Of a DNA stretch of 64,000 bases, positions 22,331 through 33,321 are shown in pieces. The stretch lies in contig CAJTXE010000004.1 in the NCBI GenBank assembly GCA_910580225.1, forward strand, positions 3,821-67,820, given 5' to 3'. Every line of letters starts with the position of its first letter. Within the stretch, counting starts at the first letter, position 1. Both the position numbers and the translations under genes were made by a program. The stretch comes from an uncultured Acetatifactor sp. GTDB taxonomy: Bacteria; Bacillota; Clostridia; Lachnospirales; Lachnospiraceae. Under the pieces are notes generated by a model. The model worked only from the letters and a program-made list of their open reading frames with translations, was not told the DNA's origin and searched no databases.

Positions 22331-22359
22331 TAGTATGACCCGGCAAAGAGATAATATGT
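22331..22359 (-). promoter_or_regulatory. Sporulation-sigma (SigG/SigE-type) promoter of the SASP gene
   Basis: Minus strand reads ACATATT-N15-CATACTA upstream of the SASP gene. Confidence 0.55.
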
Positions 22360-22586
22360 TGGAAACTTTTGGAGAAATTGAGACTGCATCAGATCACCCG
22401 GAAGGACTTATTCAGAATAGGCTGCATCATCTTTACAGCAAAGGGAAAATATGATACGGTTAATGATATCTATTATTATATGTAGGAACATTAAAAAGTT
22501 GTTTTCAAAAAACACAGGCCAGGGGACTGCTAAAATACGAGATGGAACCGGAAGGTGTAATAGAAAGATGAAACAGGGGGAATTTC

Positions 22587-24414
22587 ATGGGGCACAGAAC
22601 AGACCGCGAGGCCTTTGGTGCATATATCAGTGATCTGAGAAACAAAAGGAAATATGCATTGGAACAGGTTTGTGAGGGACTGTGTACTGCCCAGCGGCTG
22701 TTTCAGCTGGAGGCAGGGAATCAGTCTGCGGGCAAGCTGCTGCAGGATGCCATTCTGGAGAGACTGGGTGTAGGAGCGGAGGACTATGAGCATTATCTGC
22801 ATTACAGAGAGTATGATCAGTGGGAGATGCGGCAGCGGATCCAGCACCGGATCTCCTGCGGGAATGCGGTGCGGGCAAAGGAACTGTTGAAGGAATATTG
22901 CGGTTGTTACGGAGGTGATTTCAGCGGAAGCGGAGCGGTGGGAGATCGCCTGGAAAGGCAGTTCTACCTCAGTATGTGGGCCCAGATCCGGTGTATGGAG
23001 GGTGCGGAGAGAGGGGAGGGTGTTGTCCCTGAAGGAATGGAATCTGATTCTGGAAGCGGAAAAGTACAGGGAAGGCGGAGGGGAGGAAGCCCATTACCGG
23101 GAAATCCTGACCGGTTTGGAGGCAGCTGCCATCGATGGGGTCGGCATGGCAAAGATCTATCCCAAAGCCGTTTATTTTCTGTATGGATGTATCGGGAAGA
23201 AAAACGGAGCAGCGGAAACGGAGCTTTTTTACCATTGCAGTCACGCTGTGGAGATTCTGAGGGACGTTTCCCGGATGTATTATCTCTGGGAATTACTTGA
23301 TCTGCGGGGACGATATCTGGAACGCAGGATGAGAAACCGATCTGGGAAAGCGGATGAATCCGGCGCTGAAGGTGTGGAAATTGCCGGGATGAGACAGGAG
23401 AATGGAGGGTGGAAGAAAGCGGTGGAAGATACTTATGCGGATTACGGAGTGCCGAAAGAGACTTTTCATTACTGCTATTTCTATCTGGAGAAAGGGGTAT
23501 CCTGCATCAGCGATGTAATTCGGGTCCGGCGCAGGATGCTGGGCATGAGGGCGGAGGAATTATGTGACGGAATCTGCAATATCAAAACGCTGCGGCGGCT
23601 GGAAAACCGGAAAAGGGTGACACAGAGGGCGATTGTGGAGGAACTGTTTGAACGTCTGGGCCTGCCGCGGGAGATGACACGGACGGAGTTGGTTACTGAG
23701 CGTCCGGAGGCCAGGCAGATGATGGAGAAGCTGCGGTATGATAGAAATGAACACAGGACCGAGGATGCAGAACAGCTTCTGTCCGGAATCAAAAGGCTGG
23801 TAACCACTAAGATACGATGCAACGAACAGGCTCTGATGCGGAAGGAGATAAATCTGAAGAAAGATCGCGGAGAGATTACGGGAGAAGAATATTACAGACA
23901 GATGCGGATTGCGTTGGAGCTGACCCTGCCGTTTGCCGCATTCCTGCGGGAAGGTGAAAAGTATCTGACATATGAGGAACAGGCATGTATTCAAAATATG
24001 ATGCAGGAGATGGACAGACACAGCAGTGAATTTCAAATCTGTATGACACGTTTTAAGGAAATTTACCATTCTGTGACAGAAGGGGAATTGTTGGAAACGG
24101 TGGGCGGGATGTACGGGTTTATCATGGGGTATGTTGCAAGTGAATTGGGAAATTGCGGAGAGCTTGACCAGGCAGATTGGTACAGTGAAATACTGATAAA
24201 GGAAGAATTGCGTTCCCGCCGTCTGGCTTCACTGGCTGCAGGTTTGTATGACCGCTGGTGGAACTATACGGAACGGAAACGCAAAGGCATTTCTTCAGGC
24301 AGGACATTGGATGGAGAAAAGGAACTTACAAAATGCATCCTGCTTAGTAATCTGGCACGTCAAAAATATTATGAATCCTTTTATCAGGACAAGTTAGAGC
24401 AGAAAAGAGTATAG
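22587..24414 (+). pseudogene. Tandem two-HTH helical (RRNPP/Rgg-like) regulator 1, frameshifted by a deletion near 23,005-23,020
   Basis: HTH1 (ISDLRNKRKYALEQVCEGLCT) in ORF 22587; HTH2 (IRVRRRMLGMRAEELCDGICN) in overlapping ORF 22915 in another frame; the AL-x-LT-x-P segment seen in the other repeat halves is missing at the junction. Confidence 0.75.
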
Positions 24415-24416
24415 GA

Positions 24417-24662
24417 CTACGCGGGATTATCTATTCTGTCCACCAGGGGAGGCAGGTCACTCATGGGTCTGATTCCCGGTTCTGTCCAGGATCCATGGTC
24501 TCCTTCTCCATCCGGTACAACTATGGTAATGCCGGGTTTGCCGCCATGGCCGTTTCCGTCAGGTACAGGAGTTTTAGGGAAGGGCATTCCGATAAGCATG
24601 GCGGTGAAAAGAGTCAGAGCAGCAGTTGACTGAATCATTTGTTTTACCATTTGTTTCTTCAT
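24417..24662 (-). CDS. Small secreted propeptide 1 (81 aa), candidate signalling peptide
   Basis: AAAGGAGG RBS; basic N-terminus, hydrophobic core, Pro/Gly linker, C-terminal IRPMSDL; its stop is 2 bp from the regulator stop. Confidence 0.75.
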   Translation of the reverse strand: MKKQMVKQMIQSTAALTLFTAMLIGMPFPKTPVPDGNGHGGKPGITIVVPDGEGDHGSWTEPGIRPMSDLPPLVDRIDNPA

Positions 24663-24780
24663 GTGTGAATTCCTCCTTTTATAGGCTTAAAATAAGAATG
24701 CGGGAAGAGCCATATTCGGGATACCTTCCTCTTTTGTAAAGTACGATGTACTTGTTTGTTCCGGATATGACTCTTTTTTT

Positions 24781-24876
24781 ATTATAAGACAACGGCGCCG
24801 GTATAACAAGGGACAGAGTGCTTTAAATTTTGAAGTACGTTGTCCCTTGACAGGGGATGGGAGAGGGTCGTATGAT
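24781..24876. promoter_or_regulatory. Divergent sigma-A promoters flanking a CAAGGGACA-N25-TGTCCCTTG dyad
   Basis: Minus strand TTGTTA(24809-24804)-17-TATAAT(24786-24781); plus strand TTGACA(24847-24852)-18-TATGAT(24871-24876); dyad at 24807-24849. Confidence 0.65.
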
Positions 24877-24988
24877 AATAACAGGCACGGGCATGAAAGA
24901 ATAGGAAGAGAGCTGCTTATATGACAATGCGGAAATCATGTTGGGGGGCGGTTGTTCTGTACAGCTGTCCTTTTAAGGAGAAAACAGG

Positions 24989-26062
24989 ATGAAAAACAGG
25001 TTAATGAGAGGGATATTTTCGGCTTTTATGGTAATTGCCTTTTTGGCCGGCTGCGCCTCCCAGGTGCCCACGGAGGACAGTTTACAGGAGGTCAGGGGGG
25101 CAGATATGGAAGCGGAAACTGCCGGTGAAGGAGTGGGATATAACCGGGAAGGAGAGGCGCAGGAAGAGGAGATGCCTGCTTCAGCAGTCTCGGAAGTTTC
25201 AGATCGGGAGACAGCCGTTTCCTATACAGGGGAACCCTTTATCAAATCTGTGTTCGCCGTAGGCGGTGAGATGCTCTGGCTCTACGGCATAAAAGAAGAC
25301 GGAAATTTTTTCCTGGGATATATGGGGAAGGAAGAGAATGTGTTTCAGGAGACAGATGTGAGCCCGGGAGCGGATATGCGTGTCTTTAATATGGTTGTGG
25401 ACAGACAGGGACGCTGCCATATTTTATGGATAAGCGTACAGAAAGAGACGATAGACGGACGGGAATTTGACCGGATTACCTTTGACAGAAGTTGTATTAC
25501 AATCATAGACAGCAGCGGGAAGACGGAAAAGGAAATCCAGGTATCCGATATCTTTTCGGAGGAACAGGGACGACCCTACTGCTTTGTAGTGGATGAGGCC
25601 GGAAATTACTATTTTGAGAATGGAATGCAGCTGATCCAGATTCTGCCGGATGGTACACAGGGCGGGACTTTTCCGTGCGCCGGCCCCATATGCGGAATCG
25701 GAATCGGAAAATCCGGAAGCATTTACTGCAGCAGTGAAAAAGAGGGCGGAACTACGGTTCTGGAAAAACTGGAAGATGGAAAACTGCGCCTGTGCAGCGT
25801 CGAACTGCCCAGGGCGAATGCCATCTATGCAGGAATTTATGCAGGGACAGATACAGAACTGCTGTTTCTCAATAAAGATACTGGTATTTTTGCCGTTCAG
25901 GACTGTGACGGCAGCGTGGAAACCAGAGTATCTGGGGCAGAGCTTCCGGTATCAGGGGAAAAAATCGCAGGCTATGGCATTCTGGGGGATGGCAGGGCAT
26001 GTATTTTAAGCCAGACAGAGGAGAAAGAGACGGTCTTTTACTATATTCCGTCTGGAAAATAA
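24989..26062 (+). CDS. Lipoprotein, probable beta-propeller-like domain
   Basis: LAGC lipobox, acidic linker, repeated beta-strand/D-x-x-G turns (VDRQGR, VDEAGN, ILGDGR); AAGGAG RBS. Confidence 0.7.
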   Translation: MKNRLMRGIFSAFMVIAFLAGCASQVPTEDSLQEVRGADMEAETAGEGVGYNREGEAQEEEMPASAVSEVSDRETAVSYTGEPFIKSVFAVGGEMLWLYGIKEDGNFFLGYMGKEENVFQETDVSPGADMRVFNMVVDRQGRCHILWISVQKETIDGREFDRITFDRSCITIIDSSGKTEKEIQVSDIFSEEQGRPYCFVVDEAGNYYFENGMQLIQILPDGTQGGTFPCAGPICGIGIGKSGSIYCSSEKEGGTTVLEKLEDGKLRLCSVELPRANAIYAGIYAGTDTELLFLNKDTGIFAVQDCDGSVETRVSGAELPVSGEKIAGYGILGDGRACILSQTEEKETVFYYIPSGK

Positions 26063-26081
26063 CAGCGGAACAGGGAAGTAA

Positions 26082-27470
26082 ATGGAAAACATATTCAAAG
26101 GCGGGAAGACGATACTGCTATATATCCACAGAAAAATAACGACAGGAAATGGGGCGGCAAAGAAGACGCTGTTTATGCTTTTAATATTGGTGATGGTGCT
26201 GTCCGCCTGCGGCAGGAGCGGGGGGGAGCAGGAAGGGCAGCAGGCGGAGATTCTGGTTCTGGCGGCATTTGACCAAAGCTCTTATTTGCGGAAACAGGTG
26301 GAGCTGTATAATGTGTCCCATGACGACTACAAAATAGAAATAAAAGAATACGCCAGATCTGAGATACCGGAGGAAGACGGTGTGCTTCGGCTGCAGCGGG
26401 AAATTGTGTCGGGAAACGGGCCGGACCTGATTGATTTCGGAAACGGGTACACCACTGGTGACATTGTGGGAAGGTATACGGAGGAGTTGTCTGGCTGCCT
26501 GGGAGAGGAGGGCAGGCAGGCCTGTTTTGACAATATCCTGACAGCATTTTCCTATCAGGAGGGGCTGTACGCCATCCCCTTGGGATTTGCCCTGAAAAGC
26601 TTTGTGGGAAGAACAGAGAACCTGGAGGGCAGGAGCAGCTGGACAATCGGAGAAATGCTGGAGTGCTTTCAAGAGCAGGAAAAGGAACGTCTGCTGTATC
26701 CGGGAGCTTTCAAGCGGGATGTCTTCGGCGTAATCCTAACTGGCAGCATGGAATATTACATTGACTGGGAGACTGGGGAATGTGTCTTTGATGGGGAGGA
26801 ATTCCGGGCTGTACTGGAATTCTGCAATGGTTTTTCCGACCGCCTGGAGATAGAGGAGGATTTTTCCGTGAAGAAGACTTTTCTGGAGGATAAAGCCTTA
26901 CTGCTGCCGGTGAGCATAAACACAGTCTATGATATCTGCGAGGCCGAACTGATTTTTGATGGGAGAGAAGTTACCTTTATCGGTTTTCCGGTGGAGAGCG
27001 GCTGCGGAACCATGATTGAATCCTGCGGTCCGGTGTTGGCGGTCAGCAGGGGCAGCAGGCATAAGGAAGCCGCAGAGGAATTTATCCGCCAGTGCCTGGA
27101 TGAACCGGCCCAGAGAGAGCTGCCATCAGGATTTCCCATATGCCGCAGTGTTCTGGAGGAGCAGCTTAAGGCTGCCATGGAAATGACATATGGGACGGAC
27201 GAAAGCGGCGCGGCGTATCCGGTGGTGAAGCATCAGGTGATCTTTGAGGGGGAGGCGCCGACGGACATTTACAGCATTACAGGGGAGCAGGCAGACCGGC
27301 TGCTTGGTTTACTGGAGGGTGCCGATGCCTGCAGCCAGACAGACCGCAGGATCTACCGGATTTTTCTGGATGAGGCTGCGAATTATTTCAGCGGGGCCAA
27401 GAGCCTGGAGGAAACGGCGGATGTGATTCAGGCGAGAGTGTCCATGTATGTGGCGGAGGCCATAAAGTAG
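26082..27470 (+). CDS. Extracellular solute-binding lipoprotein (carbohydrate SBP type)
   Basis: LSAC lipobox, GNGPDLI, GLYAIP, IGFP, KEAAEEF, YFSG-x-KSLEET; start uncertain. Confidence 0.8.
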   Translation: MENIFKGGKTILLYIHRKITTGNGAAKKTLFMLLILVMVLSACGRSGGEQEGQQAEILVLAAFDQSSYLRKQVELYNVSHDDYKIEIKEYARSEIPEEDGVLRLQREIVSGNGPDLIDFGNGYTTGDIVGRYTEELSGCLGEEGRQACFDNILTAFSYQEGLYAIPLGFALKSFVGRTENLEGRSSWTIGEMLECFQEQEKERLLYPGAFKRDVFGVILTGSMEYYIDWETGECVFDGEEFRAVLEFCNGFSDRLEIEEDFSVKKTFLEDKALLLPVSINTVYDICEAELIFDGREVTFIGFPVESGCGTMIESCGPVLAVSRGSRHKEAAEEFIRQCLDEPAQRELPSGFPICRSVLEEQLKAAMEMTYGTDESGAAYPVVKHQVIFEGEAPTDIYSITGEQADRLLGLLEGADACSQTDRRIYRIFLDEAANYFSGAKSLEETADVIQARVSMYVAEAIK

Positions 27471-27633
27471 GGAGCAATGCCAAAAAATACATCCGTTGTT
27501 GAAACTTGTCCAGAAACAACAGAAGAAAACTCAAAAATAGCATATTTATGAAAAAAATTCACAAAAAAGCCTGTTCTTTATTTCCGTTTTGTTGTATAAT
27601 TTACTTATGCTTTAAAAATCAGGAGGGTATAAT

Positions 27634-28842
27634 ATGGCAAAAGAAATGATAGCAATGCTTCTCGCCGGGGGCCAGGGTTCCCGTCTGTATGCTTTGACAG
27701 AGAAGCTTGCGAAACCGGCAGTTCCGTTCGGCGGAAAATATCGTATCATCGACTTCCCGCTGTCAAACTGTGTTAATTCCGACATTGACACGGTAGGCAT
27801 TCTGACCCAGTATCAGCCTTTGGTGTTGAATGAATACATAGGAAACGGCCAGCCCTGGGATCTGGACCGCCTCTACGGAGGGGTGCATGTCCTGCCGCCT
27901 TATCAGAAGGCCAGCGGCTCGGACTGGTATAAGGGGACGGCAAATGCGATTTACCAGAACATTTCCTTCATTGAGCGCTATGATCCACAGTATGTAATCA
28001 TTCTGTCCGGAGATCAGATCTGCAAGCAGGATTACAGTGATTTCCTGAAATTCCATAAGGAGAAGAATGCGGAGTTCAGCGTGGCCGTCATGGAGGTTCC
28101 CTGGGAGGAGGCTTCCCGTTTCGGTTTGATGGTGGCGGACAAGGATGATCGGATTACAGAGTTCCAGGAGAAGCCCAAAGATCCCAAGTCCAATCTGGCT
28201 TCCATGGGTATCTACATATTTAACTGGGATATCCTGCGCAAGTATCTGGAGGAGGACGAGGCGGATCCCAACTCCGAGAATGATTTCGGCAACAACATCA
28301 TCCCCAACCTGCTGAAGGATAACCGCAGGATGTATGCATATCACTTCAACGGCTACTGGAAGGATGTGGGAACCATTTCATCTCTTTGGGAAGCGAATAT
28401 GGAGATTTTGGATCCGGAGCACAGCGGAATTAACCTGTTCGACGAGGACTGGAAGATCTACAGCCGCAACAGTGGTATGACCGGACACAAGATCAGCGCG
28501 GGGGCTGTGGTGGAGAATTCCATGATCACAGACGGCTGCCGTATCAAGGGCAGTGTAAAGCACTCTATCCTTTTCTCCGGCGTCAGAGTGGAGAAGGGTG
28601 CTGTCATCGAGGATGCAGTTATCATGGGCGGCACAGTGATTAAGGCCGGCGCTGCCGTGAAGCACTGTATCGTGGCTGAGAATGTTATTATCGGCGAGAA
28701 TGCAGTTGTGGGAGCAATGCCTACGGAGACAGAAAACGGCGTGGCCACTGTGGGAGCAGGCGTGACCATCGGCGACAATGCCAAGATCGGCCCCAATGCC
28801 ATGGTAAAAAATAATGTAGAAGGCGGTGGAGAAGAATGGTAA
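27634..28842 (+). CDS. glgC: Glucose-1-phosphate adenylyltransferase
   Basis: [40 protein letters not shown], hexapeptide C-terminus. Confidence 0.96.
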   Translation: MAKEMIAMLLAGGQGSRLYALTEKLAKPAVPFGGKYRIIDFPLSNCVNSDIDTVGILTQYQPLVLNEYIGNGQPWDLDRLYGGVHVLPPYQKASGSDWYKGTANAIYQNISFIERYDPQYVIILSGDQICKQDYSDFLKFHKEKNAEFSVAVMEVPWEEASRFGLMVADKDDRITEFQEKPKDPKSNLASMGIYIFNWDILRKYLEEDEADPNSENDFGNNIIPNLLKDNRRMYAYHFNGYWKDVGTISSLWEANMEILDPEHSGINLFDEDWKIYSRNSGMTGHKISAGAVVENSMITDGCRIKGSVKHSILFSGVRVEKGAVIEDAVIMGGTVIKAGAAVKHCIVAENVIIGENAVVGAMPTETENGVATVGAGVTIGDNAKIGPNAMVKNNVEGGGEEW

Positions 28843-29978
28843 ATTCAAATACAAGTGCACTGGGAATTATTTTCCCGAACAGTTATGACTCGTTGGTTCC
28901 GGATCTGGTAAATGTGCGTTTGATGGCTTCCATTCCTTTTGCCAGCCGTTATCGTCTCATTGACTTTATTCTGTCCAGTATGACCCATTGCGGCATTGAC
29001 AATATCTCTGTCATGGTGAACAACAATTATCATTCTCTCATGGATCACCTGGATTCCGGTCGTGAGTGGGATCTGGTCCGGAAAAACGGCGGTCTGCATA
29101 TCTTCCCGCCTTTCATGGAGAAGAGTGCAAAGCCTTACACGGGACGTGTGGGTGCATTGGCCAATATTCTGGATTTCCTTCGGGACGAGCGGGAGAAATA
29201 TGTGGTGATCACGGATACCAATATTGTGGTGAATTTTGACTTCAAGAGTATGATCCGCCACCATATTGAGAGTGGTGCTGATGTGACTGTAGCTTACAAT
29301 GAGCAGGTGCTGCCGGAGAGTTTTCTGAAGAATCAGTCCAATGATTTCGGGTATTATTATACATTTGACATTGAGAACGGCAGGATCACAAAGATTTATG
29401 TGAATACGAAGGATAAGGGTGTGCAGAACTTCTCCATGAATATGTTTGTGGTAGAACGTGAACTGCTGATCGATTTGATCAATACTGCTTTTGTCCGCGG
29501 GCAGGAATTTTTTGAGAGAGATGTATTGCTGCCCCGTTTGAACAAACTGAATGTGCAGGCTTATAAGTATGACGGCTATGTGGCGCGTATCTGTGATATG
29601 AAGAGCTATTTTGACGAGAATATGAAGCTTCTAGATGACTATAATCTGGATGCACTGTTCTCCGGACCGCAGATTTATACCAAGATTCGTGATGACAATC
29701 CTACCAGGTACATCCACGGCGCCAAGGTGAGCAATGTGATGGTTGCTGACGGCTGCGTGATCGAAGGGGAGGTTGAGGACAGCATTCTCTTCCGTGGCGT
29801 CAAGGTGGCTAAGGGTGCAAAGGTCAAGAACTGCATTCTGATGCAGGATACGGTGGTGGAAGCAGGGGCGGATGTAGAATATCTGATTATGGATAAGAAT
29901 GTGACCATCACCGCCGGAAAGGAAATGAAGGGAACAGGCACTTTCCCTGTCTATATCGACAAGTTCCAGGTGGTATAG
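28836..29978 (+). CDS. glgD: ADP-glucose pyrophosphorylase subunit GlgD
   Basis: [16 protein letters not shown]-x-EWDL-x-RK-x-GGL, SILFRGV; follows glgC. Confidence 0.93.
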   Translation: MVNSNTSALGIIFPNSYDSLVPDLVNVRLMASIPFASRYRLIDFILSSMTHCGIDNISVMVNNNYHSLMDHLDSGREWDLVRKNGGLHIFPPFMEKSAKPYTGRVGALANILDFLRDEREKYVVITDTNIVVNFDFKSMIRHHIESGADVTVAYNEQVLPESFLKNQSNDFGYYYTFDIENGRITKIYVNTKDKGVQNFSMNMFVVERELLIDLINTAFVRGQEFFERDVLLPRLNKLNVQAYKYDGYVARICDMKSYFDENMKLLDDYNLDALFSGPQIYTKIRDDNPTRYIHGAKVSNVMVADGCVIEGEVEDSILFRGVKVAKGAKVKNCILMQDTVVEAGADVEYLIMDKNVTITAGKEMKGTGTFPVYIDKFQVV

Positions 29979-30001
29979 AGGACGATTGAATTGGGGCAAT
30001 G

Positions 30002-30047
30002 AAAGCACCCTGAAAGACGGCTGAGGCTGTCTCTCAGGGTGCTTTTT
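30002..30047 (+). terminator. Rho-independent terminator after glgD
   Basis: AAAGCACCCTGA...TCAGGGTGCTTT stem plus T-run. Confidence 0.85.
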
Positions 30048-30349
30048 GCAGTATGGAGCTGAGGCGGTTTTTCTTTGATATGTATTAGGAACGAAAACTT
30101 TCGAAAAAATTTTCAAAAAAAGTATACTAAATTGTTATTTTTTGTTTTGAATGCTATTATTAGATAAGAACAAAATAAGACAGATAAATTCAAATTAATA
30201 ATAAGAAATATATCAAAATAAAATAATTTTATAGAACTTATATACAATTATAGGTAAAAGTTATATAAAACAAACTTTTTGACTGAGTCTAAATTCTATA
30301 AATAGCTCTTCATTCAATATAATAATTTCGTAAAATTTCGCAAAAAAGA

Positions 30350-30378
30350 TTGACGCAATTAACAGAATATGGTAACAT
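30350..30378 (+). promoter_or_regulatory. Sigma-A promoter of the pullulanase gene
   Basis: TTGACG-17-TAACAT with extended TG; AT-rich upstream region. Confidence 0.6.
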
Positions 30379-30448
30379 AAATACACTTCGCTGCGTTCAT
30401 AGCAGCAAAAACCTGGATAAAATGAAAAAAGAAAGGAGAGGCAGGTTT

Positions 30449-33265
30449 ATGACATCGTGTAGTATGATGAAAGGGCAGAAGTTCAGGCGCTCCATGACAG
30501 CTTTTATCATGGCCCTGGTGCTGTTCCTGGCAATGCTGCTGCCGGAGGCCATGACGGTGAAGGCGGCAGAGGAATTGGTAATGAAGGTCCATTACCACAG
30601 GGAGGACGGAAATTATGACGGCTGGTCCGCCTGGCTGTGGGAAATCGGGGGAGGCGACGCGGACGACATCGTATTTACCGATGAAGACGGAGAGATGGTG
30701 GCCACCAAGGTGGTTACACCGGGCATAACTTCCGTGGGCTTCATCATCCGTACCCCGGATTGGGGAAAGGATATCGACAAGGACCAGTTTATCGACATTT
30801 CCGAGATGGTCTCCGGTACGGTACATATTTATGTGGAATCCGGCGTGGAGGGATATACCAAGGAGTATGGCGAAGACGCCGTAACCGGGGTCAAGATTTC
30901 CCGGGCAGAGTACAATGAGGAAGATAACACGGTAATTGTCAGTATGACAGGCAGTATTGAGGAGGGGCTGGACAGCGCGTTCCGCATACAGGGAGTTTCC
31001 GGCGAAGCGGTGATCACAGGCGCTGAGGAGACGGAGGAGAGAACGTATGTTCTGACGCTGCAGGAGGCCCTGGAGCTGACGCGGGAATACACCATAACTT
31101 TCGACGAAAACGAATATAAGATAGTCATGCCCAATATTTATTCCACCGAGAATTTCGAGGCGGAGTATACCTATACGGGCGCGGATCTGGGAGCCTCCTG
31201 GAGCAGTGAGAAGACAGCGTTCCGGGTATGGGCGCCTACCGCGGATGCCGTATGGGTCAATCTGTATGCCGGGGGAACGCCGGATACGGAGGATCTGCAG
31301 GAGCAGCTGGAGATGACGCCGGATGCAAACGGAACCTGGATTGCGGAAAAAGAAGGGGATCTGAACGGCGTATATTATACCTATACAGTGGAAATCAACG
31401 GCGAGAAGAAGGAGGCCTGTGATCCTTATGCCAGAACCACGGGCGTAAACGGTAAACGGGCCATGGTCATCGATCTGGCGTCCACCAATCCGGAGGGCTG
31501 GGATGCGGATAAGAATCCCAATGAGGAACTGACCTATAATGATGCCGTGATCTATGAGCTGCATGTGAGGGATCTGTCCTCCGATGCCAGTTCGGGGATT
31601 CAGAACGTGGGGAAATTCCTTGGACTGACGGAGACGGGAACCAAAACTCCGGGGGGCGTGCCTACGGGGCTTGACCATATGAAGGATTTGGGGATTACCC
31701 ATCTGCATCTGCTGCCTTCTTACGACTATGGCTCGGTGGATGAGACCATGCTTGACAAAGCGCAGTTTAACTGGGGTTATGACCCGGTGAACTATAACGT
31801 GCCGGAAGGTTCCTACTCCACCGATCCCTACAATGGGGAAGTCAGGGTAAAGGAAATGAAGCAGATGGTAAAATCCCTTCATGACAACGGCATCAGCGTG
31901 GTCATGGATGTGGTGTATAACCATGTACAGAGCGCAGGGGATTTCTGCTTTAATGTGATTGTGCCCGGATATTTTTCCCGTATTGACGAATCGGGGGCTT
32001 ATTCCAACGGTTCCGGCTGCGGAAACGATACGGCTTCAGAGCGGGCCATGGTGCGGAAGTATATTGTGGATTCCGTGAAATACTGGACGGAAGAGTACCA
32101 CATTGACGGCTTCCGTTTTGACCTGGTGGGACTTCTTGACACGGAAACCATCAACGAACTGGTGGCGGAAGTCCATAAAGATCACCCGGATGTCATTTTT
32201 TACGGGGAAGGCTGGACCATGGATACCGCGGTGACCAAGGAAGGCTATACCATGGCCACACAGATAAATTCCACCCAGACTCCCGGCTTTGCCTACTTCA
32301 GCGACACCATCCGGGACGCTATCAAGGGAAGCGTATTTGACAGCTCCCCCGGATATGTATCAGGGGCGGAGGGACTGGAGGATACCATCCGCCAGTGCTT
32401 TATGGGGCTGACAGACTGGTGTACTACGCCTGCGCAGTCCATCAACTATGCATCCTGCCATGACAATCTGACCCTGATAGACCGCATCAGCAGGGGGGCC
32501 ATGAATTCGTCCAGGGCAGAGAAGGTACGGATGAATAACCTTTCGGCGGCCATTTATTTTACCTCCCAGGGGATTCCCTTCCTGCAGGCAGGAGAGGAGA
32601 TGCTGCGGACCAAGATCAGCGGCGGTACCTTTGACGAGAACAGCTATAAATCCCCCGACTCCGTCAACAGCCTGAAATGGTCCACATTGGAGGAAGAGGA
32701 ATATCAAAATGTCTATGCATACTATAAAGGGCTGATTGCTTTCCGCAAAGAACATGCTGCCCTGCGGCTCACCAATGCCCAGGATGTGGAACAGAACATC
32801 AAAGCGGTGGAGGGACTGCCTGCCAATGTGACGGCATTCGAGATCAATGGGGGCGTGAACGGAGAGACTTCTGACGGGCTTTTCGTCATCTTTAATCCCA
32901 ACGAACAAGTGGAAGAGGTGGAACTGCCGGAGGGTGTCTGGGATGTATATGTGAACCATGAGAAAGCGGGAACCGAGGTTCTTGCCACCATCGCGGACGG
33001 CAAGGCAAGCGTAGAACCCATCTCGGCGCTGGTGCTGGTAAAGGGTACCGGGGATGCGGTAAGCCAGGAGGATGTGAACGAAAGTTCGGATACCGATACG
33101 GCTACGGATGAGAGCACAGAGTCCGGCGCAGGCCAGGAAGCTGCGGATACCGAAAAGGATACTTCCGGAAAGAGCAGTGTAACTGTGGTGGTGATTATCG
33201 TGGCTGTGGTACTTGCGGCAGCGGTTGTGGGTGTAGTGGCAGTAAAGAAAAAGGAGAAAAAATAA
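30449..33265 (+). CDS. pulA: Secreted, C-terminally anchored type I pullulanase (CBM41-like, CBM48, GH13)
   Basis: Signal peptide ending VKA; FRVWAPTA, IYELHVRD, FNWGYDP-x-NYNVPEGSY, DGFRFDL-x-G, YGEGW, SCHDN; C-terminal TM with Lys-rich tail. Confidence 0.93.
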   Translation: MTSCSMMKGQKFRRSMTAFIMALVLFLAMLLPEAMTVKAAEELVMKVHYHREDGNYDGWSAWLWEIGGGDADDIVFTDEDGEMVATKVVTPGITSVGFIIRTPDWGKDIDKDQFIDISEMVSGTVHIYVESGVEGYTKEYGEDAVTGVKISRAEYNEEDNTVIVSMTGSIEEGLDSAFRIQGVSGEAVITGAEETEERTYVLTLQEALELTREYTITFDENEYKIVMPNIYSTENFEAEYTYTGADLGASWSSEKTAFRVWAPTADAVWVNLYAGGTPDTEDLQEQLEMTPDANGTWIAEKEGDLNGVYYTYTVEINGEKKEACDPYARTTGVNGKRAMVIDLASTNPEGWDADKNPNEELTYNDAVIYELHVRDLSSDASSGIQNVGKFLGLTETGTKTPGGVPTGLDHMKDLGITHLHLLPSYDYGSVDETMLDKAQFNWGYDPVNYNVPEGSYSTDPYNGEVRVKEMKQMVKSLHDNGISVVMDVVYNHVQSAGDFCFNVIVPGYFSRIDESGAYSNGSGCGNDTASERAMVRKYIVDSVKYWTEEYHIDGFRFDLVGLLDTETINELVAEVHKDHPDVIFYGEGWTMDTAVTKEGYTMATQINSTQTPGFAYFSDTIRDAIKGSVFDSSPGYVSGAEGLEDTIRQCFMGLTDWCTTPAQSINYASCHDNLTLIDRISRGAMNSSRAEKVRMNNLSAAIYFTSQGIPFLQAGEEMLRTKISGGTFDENSYKSPDSVNSLKWSTLEEEEYQNVYAYYKGLIAFRKEHAALRLTNAQDVEQNIKAVEGLPANVTAFEINGGVNGETSDGLFVIFNPNEQVEEVELPEGVWDVYVNHEKAGTEVLATIADGKASVEPISALVLVKGTGDAVSQEDVNESSDTDTATDESTESGAGQEAADTEKDTSGKSSVTVVVIIVAVVLAAAVVGVVAVKKKEKK

Positions 33266-33284
33266 AGCAGGAGAATTAATCGGG

Positions 33285-33317
33285 AGAGAATCCGGTTTCA
33301 GAACCGGATTCTCTTTT
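33285..33317 (+). terminator. Rho-independent terminator after pulA
   Basis: AGAGAATCCGGTT-tcag-AACCGGATTCTCT perfect stem plus T-run. Confidence 0.85.
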
Positions 33318-33321
33318 GTTC

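Noticed and set aside
30350..30448. TTG start and N-terminal extension of the pullulanase in the ORF track (similar extensions on fabD, fabG, fabT, murT, ECF, hisS)
   Set aside because: The TTG is part of the -35 box; downstream starts fit the family N-termini, most with a better RBS
30359..31924. Long antisense ORFs (also 6309-7493, 11421-12527, 32360-33403, 39230-40603, 36136-37209)
   Set aside because: Shadow frames opposite well-supported genes in GC-rich DNA, with no recognisable motifs
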